From positions 62,001 to 126,000 of the forward strand of contig JAMDHS010000056.1 of assembly GCA_029717555.1 (NCBI GenBank): a stretch of 64,000 nt of DNA, in the 5' to 3' direction. A program made the position numbers and the translations under genes. The notes beneath the pieces were generated by a model. It had not been told where the DNA came from and searched no databases. It saw only the letters and a program-made list of their open reading frames with translations. How positions within the stretch are numbered: the stretch's first letter is position 1; every line of letters starts with the position of its first letter. The stretch comes from Peribolospora baueri (Eukaryota). This document shows positions 25,601 through 38,937 of the stretch, piece after piece.

Positions 25601-27614
25601 GTCCCCTTTGGCGGGAGGTTGGCGGGTGATCTTGAGGCAGCGGACGAGCCATTTAATCGACTCTGCTTTCACTTGCGGGTTCTTGTGCTTCGTCGCGGCG
25701 AGGATGTCTTCGAGAACGTCCGAGAGGGTGACCTATGAGCGGATCGGAGTTGACAGGCACGTCAGATGGAAAGATCTTAAGAGCGCAGTGCCCAAAGGCA
25801 AAGCGGAGGAGCAGATTTTACTCACGGACATGAACACGCCGTCCAGAGCATTAGACAGAGCTTCGATGACGTTAGCTTTACGTTCCTTGAGCTTCTCGAT
25901 CATAGGCGGCACGACGACAGACTTGTACTTGGCAAACCCCTCCCGAAGACCCTTGGCGAAGGCCTCGATACAGTTGACAGCGATGAGGACGACATTGATG
26001 TTGGAGTCGCCTTTGACCCTCTCGGCAAAAATGCGCACCAGGTCGTCGTGGCTCCTCCCGCCGTCTTCCGGCTTGATCTTCGGGGAGCTCTTTGCGGAGT
26101 TCAGGACGGCCTCCAACGCCTCCTTGCGCTCCTGCCACTTCTTCGACGCGACCAGGTCGTGAAAGCCTTCAGGCAGCTTGATTTCCGCCGGCTCGGCGAA
26201 ATCGAACGCGTCCAGCTCCTCTGGCTTCCCATCATCACCCGCCCCGCCTTCATCCCCCCCGCCCTCTCCATCCTCACCTTCACCCCCACTTGAGCCAGCA
26301 GCCGCAGCCGCTTCCATGGCCGCTCGTTGGCTGGCGAGATATCGGGTAGGCGTGCCCTTGCCAGCGCCTTCGCCCTTGGCGTCCAGCGCCTCGAACTGCT
26401 CCGTGAGCTCCTTGACTTGAACGGGCTTGAGCTCCTGCAGGGCTGGTTGGATAGCCGGCCCGATGAAACGGTAAATCCCTTGGCAAAGCAGGGCTCCCTG
26501 ATCAAGTCGTAGGAGCGAGGGACCAGAGTCGATCGTCAGTCGCGCAGTCCTTAAGAGGTCAACACGACGAATGGCCTTGGACTAGCGCGCACACACCTCT
26601 GCCCGAACGTTCTTATCAGAGTGGCCGAAGACCTTGGGAAGCTGCTTGAGGATAAGCTGAATCTTGACTGCTTTGTGACCGTAGGAGCTGCAGAAGCAAA
26701 GATCAAGGGGTCATTAGCAGATGAAGCGGACGGACGCCCTCCTCCGGATGTTCTCCGCTCACCCGACCATCTCCTTCAACGCCGTCACTGCTCCCGCAAC
26801 GACCTTTGGTTGTTTAGCCTTCAACCCTTCGATCACGTCGTTCTGAATATGCAGGCGGAGCGACGACGGATGGTGTGAGCGCGCGTGAACGAGGCCAAGA
26901 TGGCCCAGAAGGCTCAGAAGGCTCAGAAGAAGGGAATGGCGGACCATTCGCTCACCACCGGACCCTCAGACCCCTCCTTGTCCTCCATCTCGACATACAG
27001 CAGAACGACCTCGAGGCCATGCTTTCTTGTTCCCGCCCGCGTCGACCCCAAACACTTGTCCACGACCGATGGCAAGACAGCTTCTCGAGTACTATCGAAG
27101 GGAGAGAAAGAGAAATGATGGAGTGAGTGACCCGCAAGGGAACGACACGGTTCGGATACCTCCTCCGGCTGGCCCCATCCCCGATGTTCGAGTCCACAAT
27201 AAAGAAGCTTGAAAACCTACCTGCCCGCTCGCCTCCCTCCAAACTTCAGAAAGGCACTCAAACACTCCACACCCTTCTCATGCGCGACAGCGTTGGAATC
27301 AGTGACGATCTTCTTCAAGAGATCGGGGTTTCGGACGTAAGGTGTGAAGACGGGGTCGTCCTCGTCCGGCGTTACGGAGAAAGCTTTTTGGAGGTCTTCA
27401 TAAGCCGATAATCGGGCTTTCCAGACCTGCCGGTAAGGGCGCAGAAAGTGGAAGAGTGAGATGTGCAAGGGTGAGACGCCAGGATGCAAGGTCCTCTCGG
27501 CCGAGCAACGGCACGAGAAAGAGCATAGAGGCTGGCAAAGCACACCTTGTGAGCCAACCGATCCTCAATGGAGAGACTCGAAAAGTCCTCTTGAGGAGCG
27601 GGAGCGCCCTCCAT
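19626..27614 (-). CDS. STU2: XMAP215/ch-TOG/Stu2/Alp14 microtubule polymerase, multi-exon
   Basis: Repeated TOG HEAT signatures: HK|VWKARLSAYE..DSNAVAHEKG, SKKWQERKEALE..DSNINV, SSAWKERVAGME..PGWKESNFQV, NANWKERKEALE..DSNKAV, SKNARTRAECLE-like; C-terminal FAELVVKCLWK. Confidence 0.96.
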
Positions 27615-28213
27615 CCCAGTTACCTAGCGAGGAAGGAGTGGCGAGCGATGGAGTATGGAGTGGACTGTCGGAAGATCCCCAAATGGCAATGAAAGAGGAA
27701 AGTCGGGGTGGGGGGGCGGTTGGCGCGGACAGGACGAAGCTGAGAGCAGAAGTTGGACGTGGTCAGCGATTGGGCGTAGCAGAGGGCGGTTGGTTCGTAT
27801 TTCTTATTGTGCCACCGTCCTCAAGGCGAGTTGTGTGTTGGGTGATGGTGTGTTGACGTTGCTGCGAATCGCTTGGTCGTTTGCTTGGCGTGCTGGCGAA
27901 GTGCGGAGCGACGCGACGCAAGTGAGGTGCAGAACGAGTGGGACAATTTGAGCAAGTGAAGAGGGTATGTCGTAGGGGATGGGTAACTCGCCGTCTGTCT
28001 CCTCTTCGTCGTCGTCGAAGCCACCTCGCCTTGCGTTCTGTTCTGTCTGGTGTCACTCCTCCGACCGGGATCGCAACTTGCGCGTTGACCGTGCCGCAGC
28101 AAAAACACGCACGCGCGCGTCCGCCCTTGGTCCGAGTTAGGGTTATCGATCGCGCCCTGCGTTCGCGCCGACCATATATATATACACACGGCTTCGTAAC
28201 CACCCTCCCCGCC

Positions 28214-30720
28214 ATGGCACCCAAGTCCGGCCGTGGCGTCAAGCGGAAACGCACTCTTGTTCCCTCCGCACCCCCTTCGGCCTCGTCGGCTTCAGGGACA
28301 GGGGGTGCGGACAACACTTCTTCCGCGTCCTTGCCTTATCGCACCAGGTCGAACGGCGCCAGGAACGGCGACGAGGACAGGGATGGGAAAGAGGAAGAGG
28401 ATGAGGAGGAGGCGAAGCGGATGAAGGAGGAGGATCTGAGGCGGGAGAAGGAGGAGGAGCTGCTCAGAGGGTGGATGGAGGAGTATTACGAGAGTGAGCG
28501 CCATTTGTATCTGCAATTCTTCTCTCCTCCACATGTCACTGCTTGTCGGCTCGCGTATGTATTCGCCTTGGTCGCTCATGTGATTTGCCTCACCTCAGTC
28601 GTCGAACAACTCCCTTTAGAACTGCAGCGCAACTCGGCGCTTATGCGCGAACTTGAGGATCAGATGCAGGGTCAGTGAGATATTCCTCAGAGCTGTCTCC
28701 CTCCCTCTGAACGGATTCCGGGGAGTTGTTTCCTTGTTGAACTTCATGCGCGATTGTCTGCTTTATTTATACCTGCCTTTGTACTTCAGCGCGGACGAAA
28801 TCTCTCGGCGACACGGTTCATGCATACCTCGCAGCTCGGAAAGCATTGCGCGAATCGCACGTACGAAGGCGGAACTTTCTCGATGATGAAGATGGTGGGA
28901 TGAAGAAGGGCGGTGATGACAAGATGGAGAAAATGGACGTGCCGAAAGAAGGCTTGGGATCTCATATGAATGGAGTGAAGGTGAAGGATAACGCGATCTC
29001 AGGAGATCACGAGCGGTCGAAAGGTTTGGAGGAAGCGAACGGAGGCGGTCCTTCGGAAGGGGACGCTCGGGAGCCGAAGCAGGAAGAGGCCAGCCAAAGT
29101 CTTTCAGCTGCCCAGCCCACCCAATCGTCGCGAGAAGAGCACGAGCGTTCGGACAAAGAAGAGGGCTCTGCAGAAGCTGGGCAAGGTACGCCAACCCCAC
29201 GCCGAGGAGGAAGCGACGACCAAAAGGAGAACGTCACGCAAAATGGCATCGCTCAGGGTAAGGACGACATCTCCAACAGGTCTCCTAGTCAAGATGCAGA
29301 CGACAGGCCGAAAGGGGATGACGAGCAGTCGGCAGGATCCTCCACTCTTGCTCCCCGCTTGAACGGTCATGGTTCAGACTATACCACATCTTCCACCTCA
29401 TCCTCCACCGACGCACTCGCGCCCACGTCCACGTCCAGATCCCCCCCTGTACCCCGCGCTCCGCCGGCACCAAACCAACCGACGGTACCGAACAAACAAG
29501 ATCGTCGCAAGCTCCTCATCAAAGCCGCCCAGGATGCGGAGGAGGCGATCAGAGCGGCCGAGGAGAAGGTCGGCTTGGCCGTCACAGCTTATGATTGGGT
29601 GTGTTTTTGTGTCTCCCTTGTTTTCTTCTTGGACTTGCGCATCGATCTATCATGGATAGCAGCTATCGCTCACCCCCTGACAACCGAATGTTTCTGCTAT
29701 ATAATATACATCGCCCGCATTCCTTCCTCATTGTTGACCTCTCCCAATTTCTCACCCAATTCAACTTGCTCAGGTGGACCGTCACATTCGCCGTCTCGAC
29801 TCCGACCTGCTCAAATCCGAGTCCTCCCTCCTTCTTGGACTGCGCTCCGGCACGACGAAGTCAATCGGCACGGCGGAGCACATCGGCGGCGGTGGTCTCG
29901 CCGGACCGGGTATGGGCGGGGAGTCGATCTTCTCTGTTACGAGACTCTCTTCCCTCCATGATGGCGTGGGTGATATGGCAGGTGGGGAGGTTGGGCCGGG
30001 AGGAAGGAGCGGGCTGCCAATGGCATCTGGTGGCGCAGGAAAAGATGGTGCGGATAGGAGGGTTACCAGAACAAGGAAAGCCGCTGCCGCCGCCGCAGGT
30101 GGTGGTGGTACGCCGGGAGCAGATTGGAAAAAAGGAGGCCGAGGACGGGCGGGAGCGACGTCGACTCCCGGTAGCGGGGGCCAAGCCGGCCCTGCGTCAT
30201 CGGCGACGCGCAGAGGGGCCGGTGTTGGCGTAGGTGCAGTCGAAACTCAGCGGGGCATCACGCTCAAGCTGCCGGCCACGGCGGGAGCGGCTGGAGTAGT
30301 CGGTCTTGGCATAGGCACGGTGCTGTCTTCCGGAGCGGGCGCCGAACCTGGCGGAATGGGAGGGATAGCAGGCTTAATGGGCGACATGCCCATCGATCCG
30401 AACGAGCCGAGGTACTGCTACTGCAACCAGGTCTCGTACGGGGATATGGTCGCATGCGACAACGATGACTGTCCGAGGGAATGGGTGAGTCGACCGCCGT
30501 TTTGGTACGCGGAACGGTACTGGAGGGGGGAACAGGGACGGACGGGAACGAACGGGCGCGCTCATGGCGATGTGGCGTCGTTGCTCACACCCCGGTCGCA
30601 CCTATGTTTTTGCTTCGCTTTCGCTGAACCCAGTTCCACTACGGTTGTGTCGGGCTCACCGCACCTCCGAAAGGCAAATGGTATTGTCGCGATTGTGCTC
30701 CTCGCTTCAGAAGGCGATAA
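28214..30720 (+). CDS. ING-family PHD-finger protein (Yng/Pho23/ING-like), about 5 exons
   Basis: [100 protein letters not shown]; stop at 30718-30720. Confidence 0.95.
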
Positions 30721-31072
30721 CTGGCGCATCGCTCTCTTCAAAGTCATGAGCGCCTTCCTTCGCGTTCATTCAACAACTCCGTCTCGATGGCTCTTCCTCT
30801 CTCTCTCCCCTTCGCACATGACTGTAACCTGCACTTGTACTTTTACAGGATCACACGGCATGAAGAAAGTCGCGCGAGCAGAGCGCGAAGCGAGCCGAGC
30901 GGCGCTTCCGAAGATGATGAGACCGGACGTCGGCACGGAAACCTAGCCTTGGATCGTCTATCGTCTCTTATCACCCTTCGTTATCGGCTCTTCATCTCTC
31001 AGGTCTATGCGTCCACGCACACCAATACTTCTACCTCACGTGTTGCCTCCCTTCCCCCGTTCTCCCCGAAAC

Positions 31073-32487
31073 TCACCGACCCAAGCCCCTGACGTTGGTC
31101 CACATTCTCACCATATCCGCCTCATCCTCCAGCGCGTCCGCGAGCTTATCCACCAGCTCGACCGTCGCAGCGTCCACCGTTGTCCCATCGTCTTCGGCCG
31201 CGGCATCGTTGGAGGAGGTGGGCGGTGCTTCGTCGGCGGAGGATGAAGGGGATGAGGGAGAGGGACGGACGCGAAGGACGTCATTTGGAAGGTAGGTTGG
31301 CGCGGCGTCGTGGAGGACGTGGCCGTGGGAGGAAAGCAGGTTGGAGATGGAGGACAGATCGGAGGGCGAGCAAAGGATCTGAAGGAAAGGGCAGGAGGGT
31401 CGTCAGATGTTGAACGAGCAAGTGGAGCGATCGGTCAAATTCACCTCGATCGCCTCCTCGACTTCGTCGATATCCTCCTCCGAGGCGGCCTCCCTAACGT
31501 CCTCGGCCCCACCTTCGATGGCGAGGGCGAAGACGTCGTCAAACGTCTTGCCCGGGGCGGGTGAGACGGTGACTAAACCAGTGCGGGTGAACAGGAAGGA
31601 GGTGGGTGCTATTCGAGCACTGTCGATATGAGATTGGGAAATGGTCAGACGAGTCCTCGATAGGGAAGTAGGTAGCCCACGCAGCAGACTACACACTCAC
31701 CCAGACTTGTTTAGGAACTCCCTGACTTTGGAGAAAGTCCTGGTCGGACTATCCGTCGCGCACTCAATGATCATGGCCACCGTGCCACCGCCGAAGAGAG
31801 CCTCATACGTGACGCTCTCCAACCGGTCCTTGTCGTCCTTGCTCACGGCCTTCTGGATCGCCTTCTCAGCGATCTCCTTGGGCACCGAGAGCTCCTTGGC
31901 TTTGGCTAGGACTGCGGCCAGGCGGGCGTTGATGAGCGGATCGGTAATGCCGCCGTTGGCTGCAGTGAGCAAGGATGAAGAGGAGTTGGACGTGGGCAGA
32001 GAGAGGGGAGAAGGAAGGAATGAGCGACGATGATCGCCAAAAGGGTGGGGTCTAAGATCGTACATCGGCGCCTCACAAGATAGGAGAAGCGGACTCACAT
32101 CGTACAGAGACCATGATTTCCCTTGCGATGTAGGAGTGAATCTTTCCTCGCTCCTTGTCCATTGCTCCCTTCTTGTGTCGAATTTTGGACCACTGCGCGA
32201 GAAAAGCAGGGAGTGGGTCAGGAAGAGCTCCCAAAAATGCAAACCTTGGTTACAGGGCGCTAAAAGAGAACAGAGTCGGAAGGACGGCCGGCGCTCACCT
32301 TGTTATGGCCCGACCATCGCACAGTCGAGGAGTGAAAGCCAGCCGAAGCCGATCGCCCGGTGCCGGAACTCAACGTCGGCGCGGAAGCGAGCAGGGCATG
32401 TCGAGAAGCGCCAGCCAGTCCGCCGCTCCATGACGCTGGGCTGGAGGGAAAGGAGAGCGCGCGACGAAGACAGGAGCGACAGAGCAT
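31073..32487 (-). CDS. TACO1: YebC/PmpR/TACO1-family mitochondrial translational activator, about 5 exons
   Basis: Presequence-like start then SGHNK|WSKIRHKKGAMDKERG; DPLINARLAAVL..VPKEIAEKAI; VTYEA..MIIECATDSPTRT; AIEGGAEDV; LEDEADMVRMWTN. Confidence 0.92.
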
Positions 32488-33914
32488 CGGAGGGTGCGGG
32501 CGGCCGACAGTTTGGCGGCAGGGACGATTGTCGCGACTTCTTCCCAGTCGGCGGCTGCGGCAAGGCGTCTCCTCCGTTGGTCCGTGCTCGAGAGGGAACG
32601 GCAAGGAGTGACGTCATGGGTTGTGAGGATCATCGAGGACGTCGCATGGAATCGATGCGTATACAAGAAGGGGACAGTGGTAGCGTAGTGTGAAGGAAGG
32701 TCTAGGCGGTCTATGGACAGACGAAGTAGCTGACGTCTTCGCCATGCACGTCATCTATACGGCGTTCGTACAGAGATGCGTGCGTCACCATCGGCTTGGG
32801 TACGGACCCCCGGTAAACGGCTGATCGATGGCGAGGCAAGCGAGGACGGCGCAGATAAATAGAGGATCAGAACACTCCGGACCGTCGTTTCTGCCAAGCG
32901 CAAGCACAAGCACAACTCGTCGAAACGTTCATACCGCCACCCGGCCAGGTCACCTCTCATCGCACCCGAGGAAACTATTATGTTCGGCTTCCACCGTCAC
33001 CATCACCATCACCATCGCCACCCCGAGCACTATCACTACGAGGGAGATCATCGCCGGGGAGGCCGGTTCCACTTCAGGAACAGGGATCGCCGCGCCGGGG
33101 GTTATAAGGTGCGTTCGCCCTGTGCACGCGCCGCCACGACCGACTGGAAGCAATGAGGTTTGAAGTTGCCTGACTCTCTCGCGCCTCCTCCTTCCGCACG
33201 CCACGACCGACAGGCCGCTCTGTCAAACCCGGCCACGTCGTCCGAAGGCCGTCGACACGCCAAACACGAGCTGCGGATGATGGTGAGTAAGAAGCGAAAG
33301 CCGATTCGAGTCAAGCCAGCTAAACACGGATCACCAATCGTCCGCCCACAACCACCTCCGCTTCCTTGCTCGCGACGACCACCAGGGCGGCGGCTACGAG
33401 GCGCACGTGCCCCTCTCCACGCGCATCAAGCACGCCCTCGGTCTGAGGAGCCGGCACCACCACCACCACCATCACGACTACCGCGACAGGCGGTACTGAG
33501 TGTACATACATATGGCACGGCGCAACGCGATGCGATGCGATGCGGGCGACAAGCCTCCCATTTCCTGTTGTCTGTCGCCCCCGAAGAACCTGTCCATACC
33601 CCATTTTAGTCCATATCCCGAGCTCGTGACCTTTTTTCGCGTCCATTCGTGCGGACTAACATGTGCCTTAGATGGTTGGGCGTCCAGCTCGTTTGCCAAC
33701 GTCGGTCCGATCGTTTGCGTGTGTGTCGGCTCGGCCCATCGAGCCCGCCAGGCTCACATGTTCATCCTATTCGTCCTCGGAAGTCTCGACGAAGAAGCAA
33801 GGCGATTTATTATGTGAATTCAGATTTCAGACTCGTCTTCAACATCAGAAGCGGGAACTTGTATCGGGAGTGCGACGGGTCAAGCCACATCGGGTCGGAT
33901 CGTTCATGGTCCGC

Positions 33915-34831
33915 TCAGAGCTTCTTGAGGATCTCCTGGGCATCGGTGACGGTGAGCTGCGAGGGCTGATCCCTGTGAGCCGGGACGAGGGAGGGCGAGG
34001 TGGAGGTAGATTGGACGGAATTGGATCAGATCAGGTGCGTACGGAGGAGACAAACTACACGGTGTGTACGACGTCACGGGGAACGAAACTCACTCGACGG
34101 CCACGTCCTTCACCTCACCGTTCTCGACGACCACGACGGCGCGCTTGGCGCGTTGGGTGCCGAGCAGGGGAGTCGCGTCAAAGACGAGGCCAAGAGACGA
34201 GACGAAACTGCCGGTGTCGTCGGCGAGAAACTCGACGTTCGACGGAAGGGACGGCGCAAGGTGCTTCTGCCAGGCTGCGCACATCAGGTCGAAACGGGAG
34301 CGCAGGGAGCAGTGCAGACGGGTTGAGGTCATGAGGATGCCCTATGCTGCTGCCACGTCTGAAACGACCGACGCCGAGCAAGCGACTCACCGCCGAGCAC
34401 TAGGGCGTCATTGACGGCGACGACGACGATCTTGTTGACGCCCTTGGCGGCGAACTCGTTGGCGGCCGAGATGTAGCCCGGGACTTGGTTGGAGCAGGTA
34501 GGAGTGAATGCGCCGGGAACGGTCACGATCACCGTCTTGCCCTGCGCCAGCTCTTCCGATGGGACTTGCGCACCGGGGTCACCGGCCTTGGCGTCGGGAA
34601 AGAGAAGGGACGGTGTGAGATGCGCACGCGGGGAACCATGAGGCAAGGCAAGGCCATCCAATGGTATGCTCACCTTCTTCAGCTTGTAGCCTGCGGGCTA
34701 AAAGAAGCGGAACGAAAAGGACGAGCAGGAGAGTCATTTGAAGAGTCTACTCGACAAGCCGATCGATCGTGGACATCGACGACACCCACAAGCTTGGAAC
34801 CGGGCTTGATCGGAGCGGCGGCGGTGGACAT
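33915..34831 (-). CDS. AHP1: Peroxiredoxin, Prx5/Ahp1/Pmp20 (Redoxin) family, 5 exons; possible upstream in-frame start at 35080
   Basis: VPGAFTPTCSNQVPGY (peroxidatic Cys), VVAVNDALVLG|AWQK, FLADDTGSF..LG..RAKRAVVVVENGEV; ends EILKKL*. Confidence 0.92.
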
Positions 34832-36010
34832 GTTGACAATCTGCTGCCTGCGCAGGAGAACAATGCGATCGATGGTAGAGGGGCGAGAAGAAGTGACGCG
34901 AGAGACAGGTCCACAAAGGGGAGGGCGACGGCCGAGCAAAGAGAAGAGACGTTGACCGGGGGCGAGGGGGGTGGAGGCGGATGCGGACACGGACGCGGGA
35001 GTGGCGCGCAGGAGAGGCGAAGAAGGCAACAGGAGACGGGAAGGGTAGGAGGACAAGGCGGTGAGCCGGGTTGCAGTCATGACTGGATGCCTAGAGCGGA
35101 CGGGCGAAGGAACGACGTACGAACGAGCAGAAGGACGGCGCGACGAAGGTAAAACGAGGCGCGAAGGTGGAGGTGGGAAAGGAAGCTGGGACGTGACTAG
35201 AAGCCCTGGGCAACGCTGGCTATCGCACGAGAATTGCAGGTAGGCGGCTTACCTTGGTAAGTGTCTTGAGTGTAGATGAGAGAACGACGGTGTGCGAGGT
35301 GGGAGAAGGACGGAGCGGGCTGGCTGCCGACGTGGGCGGGTTATGCTCCTGGCCGATCACTCCCCGCAGTCGACGCCTGCTAGCTGGCGTAGGGGAAGGT
35401 ATGCGGCGGAGATGAACGGGGAAGCGCGGGATTCGGCGTTCGGGCCGCGGGTGCGAGGGCCGACCGTGGATTCGTGCGAGTCAAGGCACGCAAGGCCGGC
35501 GGCCTGCAGGCCGATCACATGGTGGTGATGATGGTGCTGCTGCTGCATAGCGACGATGATGATGATGGTGATGACCAGCTGCCGGCTTGGGCCACACTTG
35601 TCGGAGCTGTCCAGCGTTCGGCTTGCTGGCTGTCATTATCCAGCTGCGTGTCATATGTCGTCCCCCGCGATGGGCGGAGGGCCGAGTCTAGTGCGCCCCA
35701 CGGAGCTTGGAGCCCCAAACTGAAATTCGACGGACGGAACCGTCGCTAGGACCGCTTGGACAGTGCGGGTGTACCTCTTATCCGTGTCTGCAAATGCTTC
35801 CTGGAAAAACTGTCGGCCCTGATCGAGACCGCTGGCGATGCCACTGCTATTTCTCCCCTTCCTCTTCTTCCTCCTCATCCTTCAGCCTCCTCGCACCCTC
35901 CTTCGCCCCTCTTCAACGGCCAGCCAGCAACGTCGCTCGTTCTGGCTCCTTCCCCCCACCAGGCCTGGCTTTGTCCGTCGCTCTCATTTTCGCCCCTTCT
36001 CCGCGCACGC

Positions 36011-38226
36011 ATGTCCAGGTCGCAACTTCAGCCAGCGACTCACCCGGAGGAACCCCAGTCCTCGATGTTTACGAGGCCTGGAGATGAGGCGAGGGACGTC
36101 GACGTCGAGGACAGAGGGAATCAGGCGCTGGACGACCCGAGCGAGGTCGTCGTCAGCGATGATCCTAACGACCCTCTGGTGAGCATCTTCCTTCATTTCC
36201 CCTTGCGCGTGCGTTTGGCTCGCGTAGGCAGGTCTGGCGCTCATGTCCATCCCTCGTTTTTTTCGCCGAATTCTCTCTTCTCCTGGCCACGCCCACCCCC
36301 GCCCACAGAACCTGCCTCTTTGGAGAAAAACTACCATCCTCTGCACCATCACGCTTGCCTCGTTCGTCGGCAACTACGTAGCAGCCGCCCACCTGACGGC
36401 CTTCCCCGAGGTCGCACAGTACTACGGCGTCGGTATCCCATCGGCTGCTAACGCCATCGGCATCGGCATCCTCGGCCTAGGCGTCGGCCCGCTCTTCTTC
36501 AACCCTCTCTCGCGCACCGTTGGCCGGCGTCCGACCTATATCCTCACCAGCGGCCTCTTCTTTGCCATCACCTTCTGGATCGCCTTCTCCCGGTCCTACC
36601 ATTCCTTCGCCGCGGCCAGGTTCTTCGCCGGCGTCACTGCCTCACCCTTCCAGACGCTCGGCTCGACAACCATCTCGGACATTTACAGGAAGGAAGTCCG
36701 CGGCTTCGCCATCGCCCTATGGTCTTTGGGCATTGTCGCTGGGCCGCTCATCGCGCCGTTCATCGGCGGTCTGGTCATGCTAAGACAGAAATGGCGTGAG
36801 TCTGCCCGCCGTCGCTCTTCGTCCGTCCTCCGTCGTTGTCTCGTATCCGCTCATTAAGATACTGGCCCCTCCCCTTTTCGCTCGTCTCTTCCAGAATGGC
36901 TCTACTATATAACCATCATCATGGCCGGCACCTGCTTCATCTCCTTCCTCGTCCTAGTCCCTGAGACGCTCTACACTCGCCACGTCGTCTCCACGCAACA
37001 GCTCAAAGCCAAAGCCGAAGTTGGCTACATCGAGGATGCCAACTCCAAAGCTACCGCCGGAGGTGGCGTCTCCTCCATCTCTTCTTCTCCTACCTCCGCT
37101 GACGCTGGTGCTACGGCTCACGATCAAGAAGACCCTGAGAAAGGCGCGGAAGGCAAGGAGGCCGGGGAGACCGAGGAGGCCAAAGCGCTCACCATCGGCA
37201 AGCTCGGCCCGACCTGGATGCCCTGGTCGAGGCCAGGAGTGTTCGCGTACATGATCGTCAGGCCGCTCGAGATGAGCAAGTACTTGCCCATCCTCTTGCC
37301 ATCCATTTACTACGCCCTCGTCTTCGGCTGGAGCGTCGGTTTGGTAAGTGCTCGTGTCTTCCTAGGCTTTATTTCGTCCGTCGTTCTGGGATCGGACGCG
37401 TTCGTTGATCGAGCGACTGGCCGCCACACGCGAAACAGACCGTGACGGTGCCGCAAGTGTTCGCAAAGCCCCCTTACGGATTCAAGCCGAGCATCATCGG
37501 TACCTCCTTCCTGGCCATGTTCATCGGCGCGGTCATCGGCAAGTTCGGCGGCGGCATCGTCGGAGACCGCACCGTGACCTTTTTGCAGTGTAGGAACGGA
37601 GGCGTGAGGGAGCCTGAGTTTAGGCTATGGGCCATGGTGAGTCGACTGGCTCTTCTTCTTTCCAAGCCGCTCCTCAGTCCGTGCCCATGCTCGACCTCAC
37701 ACTTTGGTATCCCACCATGTGTTTTTTTCTTACCTCATCCAGGTCCCTCCGCTTATCCTGCTCCCCCTTGGCCTACTCCTCTACGGCATCGGTATCAACG
37801 ACCAAAAGCCCTGGCCGATGCCCTTAGTCGGCACCGGCATCTATTATTGCGGCGTCACGGCAGCGACGGGATTGATCCAGACGTACATCGTAGACTCATT
37901 TGTGAGCGAGTCGATGAATGGAATTGCCACTTTCAACTTGTGAGTCAAAATTGAACTTTTCCTCCTCGTACGCTCTCGCTCACCTTCTTCTTTCCTCTTC
38001 TTCTCCTTCCATCCGCTCCTTCACTCCAAGGTACAAATGTGTCTTCGCCTTCGCCGTCCCCTTCTTCGTCCCCGAGTGGGCGCTCGCCAAGCCGGGAGAC
38101 GCGACCAAGTCGTATATCACCCAGGCCATGCTCGCCTTAGGCCTCGGCATCCTTCTCACCTTCGGTTTCATCCTCTGGGGCGCTAAACTGCGGAGACTGC
38201 AGCGCATGCCGACGCATCACCGCTGA
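36011..38226 (+). CDS. MFS multidrug/solute transporter (DHA1/HOL1-like), about 6 exons
   Basis: DPNDPL|NLPLWRK, PLSRTVGRRPTY, AARFFAG, TISDIY..RG, GPLIAPFIGG, VPETLY, REPEFRL, WGAKLR; multiple hydrophobic segments. Start could instead be 36065. Confidence 0.92.
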
Positions 38227-38937
38227 GCGTAGTGAGATCATATAAGATCGCAGCGAAGCGGTGGCCTGTCTCTCCCACCACGCACTCCACTCTCCCTTTA
38301 TCCCGTTCTCCCGTGCATTGCTAGTTCCTGTCCAGTCCTGTTTGTCCTGCCCTAGTCTGCTGCGCTCCGCTTCCCAATCCGATTCTCACCTTCCGGTCGG
38401 GCCCATACCTATATCCTGTCCACATCTGTCCGTCCGTTTCTCCGGATCACCTGGCCCTCTCAAAGAAGCCAACCCAAAGTCAGCACGGTCTCGCACAATC
38501 GCGCTCGCTGCGTTGCGTGTGGCATCATCTATCCGACTGATATACCTACGCCTCCCAGGGCGTCTGGGTCGAAGACACCCCCGTCTCTAAACGGCCCCTA
38601 TCTCCGATGAAGCCGAAAACAGGCAACGCGGAGTAAGTTGCAGATATCGGAACGACCACGTTGTCACTTGAACCATCCTGACGAAAGCGTATCCGTCCTT
38701 CGGGTCGCACAGAATGGCGCGAAGGCGACCAGAATGCGTTGGAGTAGGGGGAGGAGGGGGAGGAGAAGGAGGGCGGAGGGCATGGTAGATGGTCGAGGAA
38801 GACAGGTCGAGCGAGTGGAGCAGCGTCCCATTGACCATTGCTCCGTCTCCGGCTGCGGCGTCGCCGATACAACCCGGTCGGACGATCGCCACCGTCGCTG
38901 TTGCACCAGCAGGACACACCGGCCACCTTCCATCACC

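Noticed and set aside
32700..33900. Possible hidden gene (TATA-like at about 33102, donor-like GTGAGT at about 33283)
   Set aside because: I could not build a coherent spliced ORF or find any motif, so it is left as intergenic.
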